A DNA stretch of 64,000 nucleotides from Alphaproteobacteria bacterium (GTDB lineage: Bacteria; Pseudomonadota; Alphaproteobacteria; SP197). The notes under the pieces were generated by a model. The model ran no database searches. It saw only the letters and a program-made list of their open reading frames with translations, and had not been told where the DNA came from. Positions 56,604 through 64,000 of the stretch are shown here, piece by piece; the first letter of the stretch is position 1; each line of letters starts with the position of its first letter. Position numbers and translations under genes: made by a program. The stretch lies in assembly GCA_965228895.1 (NCBI GenBank), contig OZ245842.1:544001-608000 (forward strand), written 5' to 3'.

Positions 56604-58625
56604 ATGAAAACCGTCGATACCTTTCCCTTTGAGATCCGCGAGGTCGAGAACCTCTGGATCACGCTTGGCGACGGCTGCCGGCTGGCGGCCCGGGCCTGGT
56701 TGCCCGTCGATGCCGAACAGAATCCGGTGCCTGCCGTCCTTGAGTATCTGCCCTATGCCAAGCGCCACAAAACGCAGACGCGTGACGAGCACGCGCATCG
56801 ATACATGGCCGGGCATGGCTATGCCTGTCTCAGAGTCGACGTGCGTGGCACCGGTGAGTCTGATGGGGTGATCACCGACGAATACACCCAGCAGGAGATC
56901 GACGACGGCGTCGAGGTGATTGACTGGATGTCGCGCCAGGACTGGTGCGACGGATCGGTCGGCATGATGGGCAACTCATGGGGCGGTTACAATTCACTCC
57001 AGGTTGCCGCCAGCCATCCGCCGGCGTTGAAGGCGATCGTTGCCAGCGGCTGTTCCGATGACCGCTATGCCGACTGCATGCACTATCGGGGCGGCTGCCA
57101 GCTGACCGAACACCACGGCTGGTCGGCGACCATGCTGTCGTTTTTCTCGGTACCGCCCGATCCCGCACTGCTGGGCGACAATGCCGCCGCAACGTGGCGC
57201 GATAGTTGGATCGAGCGCCTGGAGACCCACGCGTTTACCTTGCCCGCGTGGCTGCAACATCAGCGCCGCGATGCCATGTGGTCCCATGGTTCGATCTGTG
57301 ATGCCGAACGGCCGATCGCCGTGCCGGCCTTGATCGCCGGCGGCTGGGGCGATGTTTATTCGACGCCCGTGCCGCGCATCATGAACCAGGTGCCGCAGAC
57401 GTCGCGCGCCATCATCGGCCCATGGCTTCACGGTTATCCCTATGACGCCATGCCGGGTCCCCAGATCGGATATCTGCAGGAATGCGTGCGTTGGTGGGAC
57501 CACTGGCTCAAGGGCCATAAGACCAATATCCTGGACGAGCCGCGTTTTCGGGTCTGGGTCTATGAGTCCGAACCGCCGCGTGCCTGGTACGAAAAGCGCG
57601 AGGGGTCGTGGATCGGCGCGGCAAGCTGGCCGCCCGAGACGGTGGAGCCGCGACAACTCGTGTTGAACCGCGGCGGTCTGGACGATAACGCCAAAACCGA
57701 GCGAGCTCTGACAATCTCCTCGCCCTTGACGACGGGAACGGCAGCCAGCGAGATCTGCCCGATGGGATGGGGGCCTGAGTCGCCGGGCGATCAGCGGCTC
57801 GATGACGGCGGCTCGCTGTTGTTCGATACCGAACCCCTCGACGAACGGCTTGAGCTCGCCGGTGCCCCGGCGGTCGAGTTGGAGTTTGCCTGCGATCGCG
57901 CGGTGGGACAGGTCGCGGTGCGTCTGTGTGATGTCGCGCCGGACGGCGCGTCGGTGCGCGTGACGTATGGCTTGTTGAACCTGACTCATCGCGACAGCCA
58001 TGCCGCGCCTGAACCGGTAGAGCCTGGTCAGCGTTACCGGGTCCGGGTTGTCCTCGACGACATCGCTTACGCGGTGCCGCCTGGAAACCGTCTGCGTGTC
58101 GCCATCTCGACCTCCTATTGGCCGCTGGTTTGGCCGGCGCCGGACAAACCGACGTTGACGCTCTATGCCGGTTCAAGCTCGCTTGAGCTGCCGGTGATGG
58201 CGCAGCGTCCGGCCGCCAAGGTCGCCTTCGCTGAACCCGAAGTGGCGACGTCGTTTGAACAAGAGATTGTGGAACCCGAAAACCACCGCCGCATCGTCGA
58301 ACGCGATCTGGAGAGCGGCGTGGTTATGGCTGTTACTGTCGAGGACCATGGCCGTCGCCGCGACGCCAACCACGGTATGGTGAAGGGCGGGCGCACCGTG
58401 CGCACCTACCGCATCCATCCCGACGACCCTGAGTCCGCCGCGGTCGAGGCGCGCCGCACCGTCACCATGGCGCGCGACGATTGGCGGGTCCGCACGGAAA
58501 TCGTGACATCGCAGCGATGCGACCGCGAGCACTTTCATGTCGAAGGACGCCTTGAAGCCTTTGACGGTGATAAGTGCGTCTTTTCGCGCGAATGGCGTGA
58601 CAGCGTGCCGCGCGACCTCGTGTAG
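56604..58625 (+). CDS. CocE/NonD family (peptidase S15) hydrolase
   Basis: EYLPY, RGTGESDG, GNSWGG nucleophile Ser, GGWGD, IGPWLH. Confidence 0.92.
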   Translation: MKTVDTFPFEIREVENLWITLGDGCRLAARAWLPVDAEQNPVPAVLEYLPYAKRHKTQTRDEHAHRYMAGHGYACLRVDVRGTGESDGVITDEYTQQEIDDGVEVIDWMSRQDWCDGSVGMMGNSWGGYNSLQVAASHPPALKAIVASGCSDDRYADCMHYRGGCQLTEHHGWSATMLSFFSVPPDPALLGDNAAATWRDSWIERLETHAFTLPAWLQHQRRDAMWSHGSICDAERPIAVPALIAGGWGDVYSTPVPRIMNQVPQTSRAIIGPWLHGYPYDAMPGPQIGYLQECVRWWDHWLKGHKTNILDEPRFRVWVYESEPPRAWYEKREGSWIGAASWPPETVEPRQLVLNRGGLDDNAKTERALTISSPLTTGTAASEICPMGWGPESPGDQRLDDGGSLLFDTEPLDERLELAGAPAVELEFACDRAVGQVAVRLCDVAPDGASVRVTYGLLNLTHRDSHAAPEPVEPGQRYRVRVVLDDIAYAVPPGNRLRVAISTSYWPLVWPAPDKPTLTLYAGSSSLELPVMAQRPAAKVAFAEPEVATSFEQEIVEPENHRRIVERDLESGVVMAVTVEDHGRRRDANHGMVKGGRTVRTYRIHPDDPESAAVEARRTVTMARDDWRVRTEIVTSQRCDREHFHVEGRLEAFDGDKCVFSREWRDSVPRDLV

Positions 58626-58628
58626 ACG

Positions 58629-60614
58629 TTACAACGCCAAACCCAGTTTGCGTCCTTCGTAGAAGGCGACATAGGCGGTACGCGCGGCGACACAATCGCC
58701 CAGGCGGTGGATGGAGATCTGTTCTGTTCGCAAGGCGCCCGACAGGTCGTCGAACGGCTCGTTGGTTGTGGCGAGCACCAGCGAGTCCGCCGCCACGAAC
58801 GACTGTTCTCCCGACAGAAAGTCCAGCACCGTCGCGCCATCGCCGCGCCAGTCCAGCAAACCGCATTCGGTGAAGAATTCGACACCCAGACGGCGCAGGG
58901 TGACGCGCAGGCGGTAGTCGACATTGGTGCGGGCGATATCGGCGCCGACTTTCGAATGCTGCGTTACCAGGATCACCTTGTGACCGCGCTTAGCCAAATG
59001 CCAGGCGGTCCCGCCGCCGCGCCAGTTGCCGTCTTCATCCAACAGAACGACGCGATCGCCAAGGCGGGCGGCGCGCGCCATCACGTCCTCGACGGAGAAG
59101 ACATTGGCCTGGTCGGCACCGGGCAAAATATCTTGGCCGGGAAGCGCGCGCTGGAAGCCCGTGCCTGACGGCAGCGAGCCGGTCGCGACGACGATGTCGT
59201 CATGGTCGTCTGGTGAGACATCCGTCGCGTCCACGTAGGTGTTCAAACGCACCTCGACCTGGAGTTTGGCAAGCTGGGTTTCGTACCACGCGATGTGGTC
59301 GAGGATCTGTTCGCGACGCGGCTGCTGGCCGGCCAGCCGGTACTGACCGCCGAGATCGGGTGCCGCCTCCGCTAGCGTGACGCGATGACCGCGCTCCGCA
59401 GCGACCCGCGCCGTCTCCATGCCGGCCGGTCCACCGCCGACCACCAGGATCCGTTTGGGTTGGGGCGATGGCGTAAACCGGTCGCCGCCGAGCTCGAACT
59501 CGCGCCCGGCCGACGGGTTGATCAGGCACGAGACCCAGTAATCGCGCGACCGCCGGCCGTTGCACATCTGGTTGCACGAAATGCAGGGCCGGATGTCTTC
59601 CGGTCTGCCGTCGCGCGCCTTGTTGCCGAGATGCGGGTCGGCGATCTGGCCGCGCACGATCGACACCATGTCGGCCTGGCCCGATGCGATGACGTAGTCG
59701 GCGTTCTCCGGCGTGCGGATATGGGCTTCGGCCTGCATGCGCGCATGATGTAGAACCTTCTTGAGTTCCTCCGCATAGGGGGCGCCGAGTTTGTCGGGCC
59801 AGACGAAGGTCGGGATGATGGTGCCGGAGCTGAAATAGCTGCCGAAACCGCAGGTGACGTAGTCCATCAACTGGCGCTCGTCATGCCAGGCGATGACCTC
59901 TGCGAGCGCTTCGACCGACAGCGCGACATCGGCCTCGTCTTCAATGCTGACGGCCACGCCGATGATGAAGTCGTCGCCACAGGCATCGCGGATGCGCCGC
60001 ATGATTTCCGACGAGAACCGCACGCGGTTTTCCAGGGAGCCGCCCCAGCGGTCGTCGCGCCGATTGTTGAACGGCGTCCAGAACTGGTCGATCAGCGCGT
60101 TATAGGCGGCAAACAGCTCGATGCCGTCGAAACCGCAGCGCTTGCATCGTTGGGCGGCCTGCACGAAGCCGTCGATCAGGTTCTCAATCTCCAACTCCGA
60201 CAGGGCATGGCTTCCCATGGCGTCGTGGAAGGACGGCAAGCCGGACGGCGAGGGATAGGCGCTGAACGAGTTGTCCCAATCGCCGTGCTGGCCGACGTGA
60301 TAGAGCTGCTGGATCATGACGACGTCATGGTCGTGGCAGGCATTGGTGATCCGCCGGAAGTGGGGGATGACGTCATCGGTCGTGTGGCGGAAGTTGCCGC
60401 GCGTCAGGACGGCGGAGGCGTGAACCGGCATCGGTTCGACAACGATCATCGCGGCACCGCCCATGGCGCGCTCCAGGTAGTAACCGTGATGGCGGTCAAG
60501 CGGCAGCCCGTCGACCGACATGTTGGCGGTGTGCGCACCGAAGACGAGCCTGCTCTTCAGCGTCTTGTGGCGCAGGTCGAGCGGCGAAAAGAGATGAGAA
60601 AAGGTCTGGGTCAC
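58629..60614 (-). CDS. NADH:flavin oxidoreductase, OYE/TMADH family with 4Fe-4S and FAD domains
   Basis: FGAHTANM, CISCNQMC, GGGPAG. Confidence 0.85.
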   Translation of the reverse strand: MTQTFSHLFSPLDLRHKTLKSRLVFGAHTANMSVDGLPLDRHHGYYLERAMGGAAMIVVEPMPVHASAVLTRGNFRHTTDDVIPHFRRITNACHDHDVVMIQQLYHVGQHGDWDNSFSAYPSPSGLPSFHDAMGSHALSELEIENLIDGFVQAAQRCKRCGFDGIELFAAYNALIDQFWTPFNNRRDDRWGGSLENRVRFSSEIMRRIRDACGDDFIIGVAVSIEDEADVALSVEALAEVIAWHDERQLMDYVTCGFGSYFSSGTIIPTFVWPDKLGAPYAEELKKVLHHARMQAEAHIRTPENADYVIASGQADMVSIVRGQIADPHLGNKARDGRPEDIRPCISCNQMCNGRRSRDYWVSCLINPSAGREFELGGDRFTPSPQPKRILVVGGGPAGMETARVAAERGHRVTLAEAAPDLGGQYRLAGQQPRREQILDHIAWYETQLAKLQVEVRLNTYVDATDVSPDDHDDIVVATGSLPSGTGFQRALPGQDILPGADQANVFSVEDVMARAARLGDRVVLLDEDGNWRGGGTAWHLAKRGHKVILVTQHSKVGADIARTNVDYRLRVTLRRLGVEFFTECGLLDWRGDGATVLDFLSGEQSFVAADSLVLATTNEPFDDLSGALRTEQISIHRLGDCVAARTAYVAFYEGRKLGLAL

Positions 60615-60643
60615 GGGGTGTCTGTCCCGTCAAAGCGCATGTG

Positions 60644-62194
60644 TCAGTCGATCGGCGCGCCGCCTTCCTCGGTCCGGCGCGCGACAAAAGCGTCGAGCGC
60701 TTCCTGTCGGTCCGGTGCGAGGGCGGGTTGCTGGTATTCGTTGAGGGCGCGTTTGTAGAGCGCGTGGGCGCGTTGGGTCGCATCGAGCGATCCCTCCTCG
60801 GCCCACTGACCATAGTTCTTGGTGTTTGAAATCAATGGCAGATAGAACGCGCTCTCGTAAGACGCAATCGTGTGGTCCGTGCCGAAATAGTGACCACCGT
60901 GGCCGACGCTAACGATTTCATCGAAGGCGAGGGTTGCCTCGCTGACTTCGACGGGTTGTAGATAACTTGCCATCATCTGCAGGATCTCAACGTCCAGCAC
61001 GAACTTGTCGAAGGACGAACACAGACCGCCTTCAAGCCATCCGGCCGCGTGCATGATGACGTTGGCGCCGGCCAAGACGCCCGCCCAGAGTTGCGCTTGT
61101 GACTCATAGGCCGCCTGGGCGTCGACCGCGTTGGAGCTGGTGAAGTTGGAGGCGCGGTAGGGCAGGCCGTAGCGGCGCGCCAGTTGGGCGCCGATCTGCA
61201 ACGACTGGTTGGCTTCCGCCGAACCGAATGCCGGCGCGCCGGTCTTCATGTCGACATTCAGTGTCTTGGCGGCGGTGACCACCGGTGCTCCTGGCCGGGC
61301 AAGCTGGGTCAGGACGAGGCCGGCCAGCATTTCCGCGTTCGATAGCGAGACCGCACCGGCGAGCGACACCGGCATGGTGGCGCCGGCAAGCGAGAAGGGC
61401 GTGATCAAGGGCGTCTGGTTGTAGCGCGCCAGCTCGATCAGACCGGCCGCCATCGGCGCGTCGTATTGCAGGGGCGAGTTGGTGTTGATGATCGCGTAGG
61501 TCGATGGGCTTTCGATAAGGTCGTCACGGGTGATGCCGCGCGAAATCGCGATCATGTCGAGCACGTCGTGAATGCGCTGCGGGCTGTGACAAAAGACGTA
61601 AGGTACCTTGTCGGAGAGCTCGAGCATGACCTGAGTCGAGACGAGGTGGCGGGTCTCGACCGGCACGTCCATGGGTTCGACCGGCGAGCCGGCGATCATG
61701 TGGATGATGTTGAAGAACTGGCCAAGCCTGACGAAGTCGGCGAAGTCGGCGATCGTGCCCGGCCGGCGGCCGCGCTCGATGTCATGACAGTTTGGCGGGC
61801 CGAGCACGGTGGCGAAGGCAAGCTTCTCGGTGTCAATGTCGACGGCGTGGTCGGCGTTGCGCGGCGTTAGCCTGGAGGCGCGTGCGACAGTCGACAGCGC
61901 CTGCTCCACGATGTCGCGGCCAATGCGCACGTTATGGCCGTCGTCGCCGATGATGGCGCCGGCCTCGGTGAACATGTCGACGGCGGCCGGCAGATGAAAG
62001 GCAACGCCGATCTCCTCGAGGATGCGCAGCGAGTTGTCGTGGATCGCCTCGATGGCATCGGCGGAGAGCAGCTCAAGCCGGGCATGGGGGTTGACCGGTT
62101 GGCCCCATGGCAACTGTTCGATCTGCTTACCGCGTTTACGACCCGAGCGACGGCCGGTACGCGGGGAAGAGGTGGCCGCTTTGACATCGTTCAT
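60644..62194 (-). CDS. Trimethylamine methyltransferase (MttB) superfamily protein, non-pyrrolysine (MtgB-like)
   Basis: INTNSPL, TPFSLAGATMPV, VDMKTGAPAFG, DAQAAYES, HAAGWLEGGL; no in-frame TAG. Confidence 0.92.
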   Translation of the reverse strand: MNDVKAATSSPRTGRRSGRKRGKQIEQLPWGQPVNPHARLELLSADAIEAIHDNSLRILEEIGVAFHLPAAVDMFTEAGAIIGDDGHNVRIGRDIVEQALSTVARASRLTPRNADHAVDIDTEKLAFATVLGPPNCHDIERGRRPGTIADFADFVRLGQFFNIIHMIAGSPVEPMDVPVETRHLVSTQVMLELSDKVPYVFCHSPQRIHDVLDMIAISRGITRDDLIESPSTYAIINTNSPLQYDAPMAAGLIELARYNQTPLITPFSLAGATMPVSLAGAVSLSNAEMLAGLVLTQLARPGAPVVTAAKTLNVDMKTGAPAFGSAEANQSLQIGAQLARRYGLPYRASNFTSSNAVDAQAAYESQAQLWAGVLAGANVIMHAAGWLEGGLCSSFDKFVLDVEILQMMASYLQPVEVSEATLAFDEIVSVGHGGHYFGTDHTIASYESAFYLPLISNTKNYGQWAEEGSLDATQRAHALYKRALNEYQQPALAPDRQEALDAFVARRTEEGGAPID

Positions 62195-62222
62195 GGCGCC
62201 GTTCCGTCAGATAAATCGAATA

Positions 62223-62239
62223 ACGATACGACGTATCGT
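62223..62239. promoter_or_regulatory. Palindromic operator ACGATACG-A-CGTATCGT upstream of the mttB-like gene
   Basis: Perfect 8-1-8 inverted repeat about 30 bp upstream of the start. Confidence 0.6.
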
Positions 62240-62307
62240 ATTGTGTTATTGCTATCACAGACGTTCGTCCACGTGCAACGCCGATCTGATCGACTGGCGG
62301 CCGGGAT

Positions 62308-63090
62308 CTAGCCGGCAAGCAGGGCCGAGTGCGCGTGCCGTTCACCGCCCAGCGCGCGTGTCGCTTCCTCGGCCATGGAGACGACGGTCGCACCAAACTC
62401 GTTGAAATTGTCCGCCGGCATGGCAGCGTTGTCGGCGGTCAGAACAACGGAGCCGACGGGCTCCGGCTGATCGTGCCAGACCGCGGCCGCGACGCTGTTG
62501 ATGCCCGGCATCGTGCCGCCTTCCGACACCGCGAACTTGCGCTGCCGGATTATGGCCAGTTCACCCCTCAGGGCCTTCAGGCGCGCCGCATCGATCGGCA
62601 CGAGGTCGGGTCGGGTTTTCGTGACGTCGACCAGTTCCTTGAGCGCATCGCCCGGGCGCTGCGCCAGCACGGCCTTGCCGCCGGCGGTCAGCCACACGGG
62701 ATTACGCTGGCCGGGCTCGGCGGTATAGGTGCGGCCGTGGATGCCCTCGACCTTGTCGAGATAGACAATCTCGGGAAAGTCGGCCCAGGTGAAGAACGCG
62801 GTGAAGCCGGAGACCTTGGCGCCGTAACGCAGGATCGGATGCACGTTTCGGCGCAGCTCATGGTGGGCAATGATCGGCGAGCCGAGTTCCCAGAGCTTGA
62901 GTGTCAGACGGTAGCGCGATGTGTTCGGCGCCTTCTCCAAATAGCCTTCGCTCTGCAGGGTCTGGAAGATGCGCTGCACCGCGCTCTTATCCATCTCCAG
63001 CTCGCGGGCCGTGTCGGAGATACCGCGCGGATGGTCGGATCGCGACAAACACTCGATAACCCGCAGGCTTTTGCGCAGGGTACTGCTCAT
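62308..63090 (-). CDS. IclR family transcriptional regulator
   Basis: STLRKSLRVIE, KSAVQRIFQTL, TAGGKAVLA, GINSVAA. Confidence 0.9.
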   Translation of the reverse strand: MSSTLRKSLRVIECLSRSDHPRGISDTARELEMDKSAVQRIFQTLQSEGYLEKAPNTSRYRLTLKLWELGSPIIAHHELRRNVHPILRYGAKVSGFTAFFTWADFPEIVYLDKVEGIHGRTYTAEPGQRNPVWLTAGGKAVLAQRPGDALKELVDVTKTRPDLVPIDAARLKALRGELAIIRQRKFAVSEGGTMPGINSVAAAVWHDQPEPVGSVVLTADNAAMPADNFNEFGATVVSMAEEATRALGGERHAHSALLAG

Positions 63091-63258
63091 GGCGGCCCAA
63101 TCAGGCGGTGAAAACTGCTTAATCGCATCATTATTCGATACATTTGCCAAAACGGCAACGAAGCGCCGACTCTGAGGGCCCGGCCGTTGTGTAAAACTCT
63201 CGACGTTGGTCATTTATCGATATAACAGATCGATATACGATGCGTTCGGATAGGCTCG

Positions 63259-64000
63259 ATGCAGACCGACTATGATGTCGCGATTATCGGTGGCGCCCTG
63301 ACCGGCAGCAGCACCGCCTACCACCTGCTGGCGCGCGAGCCCGGTCTCCGGGTCTGTGTCATCGAACGCGATCCCAGTTACGAGCTGGCGGCATCCGCGC
63401 GATCCAACGCGGGCGTCAGGATCCTGTTTTCACAGCCCGAGAACCTTCTGATGTCGCGTTACGGGCACGCGTTCTATGCCGGCTTCGGCGAGCTGATGGC
63501 GGTCGACGGCGAACGGCCGGACCTCGACATCTATCGCCACGGTTATCTGTTCATCGCGAACGATGCGGAACAGGCCGACGACATGGAGCTTAACCACACG
63601 TTCCAGACGTCAATGGATTGCGACGTCCAGTTGCTCGATGCCGACGGCGTCAGGAATCGCTGGCCGTCCCTGACCGCCGACGACATCGTCTGTGCCGCCT
63701 TTTCGCCGGGCGACGGATGGATCGATCCGCATGGCGCGCTCTCGGGACTGCGCCGCAAGGCCCGCTCGCTCGGTGCGACCTATGTGACCGGCAACGTCGC
63801 CGGTCTCGATCTTGAGAACCGAAAGGTGACACGTGTGCGTCTCGGTGATGGTGAAACGATCGCCGGCGACTGGGTCGTCAACGCGACAGGTGCTTGGGCG
63901 CGCGACATCTGCGCCATGATCGGCATGACCATTCCGGTCGAGCCGCTGTCGCGCATGGTGTTTTTCTTCCAATCGCAGGTTCAGCCCGAACAACTGCCCT
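63259..64000 (+). CDS. FAD-dependent oxidoreductase, DAO/sarcosine oxidase beta family; runs off the window edge
   Basis: Not in the ORF track; hand translation gives MQTDYDVAIIGGALTGSSTAYHL...IERDPSY..AASARSNAGVR...DGWIDP...VVNATGAWA. Confidence 0.88.
   Translation, partial: MQTDYDVAIIGGALTGSSTAYHLLAREPGLRVCVIERDPSYELAASARSNAGVRILFSQPENLLMSRYGHAFYAGFGELMAVDGERPDLDIYRHGYLFIANDAEQADDMELNHTFQTSMDCDVQLLDADGVRNRWPSLTADDIVCAAFSPGDGWIDPHGALSGLRRKARSLGATYVTGNVAGLDLENRKVTRVRLGDGETIAGDWVVNATGAWARDICAMIGMTIPVEPLSRMVFFFQSQVQPEQLP

Noticed and set aside
60644-62194. Pyrrolysine read-through in MttB
   Set aside because: No in-frame TAG and no pyl genes
1-64000. CRISPR arrays, tRNA/rRNA, IS elements, defence systems
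   Set aside because: No regularly spaced repeats, RNA gene signatures, transposase or nuclease ORFs seen by eye

Overview
GC-rich bacterial DNA, most likely alphaproteobacterial (judged from AtpB/AtpE, MttB and OxyR-like protein style). It is densely coding, with no rRNA, tRNA, CRISPR array, integrase or transposase recognised. Most of the window is catabolic. It holds methylated-amine/amide genes (Rieske oxygenase, three TMADH/OYE-family flavoproteins, non-pyrrolysine MttB, a single-chain N,N-dimethylformamidase with small and large subunits fused, a creatinase-like M24 enzyme, a DAO-family oxidase), a long CoA-dependent, isomerase-rich operon (4.5-17.7 kb), and a PLP/RidA/IlvD/ABC cluster (45-54 kb). 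Two ion/stress modules interrupt these. Module 1 (17.8-27.8 kb) is mrpA-G, DUF465, a UspE-like gene, an OxyR-like regulator whose peroxidatic Cys is replaced by Arg, and an orphan atpB-atpE pair; these are linked by matching ATAG-N7-CTAT operator palindromes. Module 2 (39.4-45.1 kb) is an NSS transporter, Usp, Zn-ADH, a small HTH protein and a CPA2 antiporter, with a perfect FNR box. Module 1 is the best candidate for an undescribed system. All product calls come from motif recognition by eye; no database searches were run.
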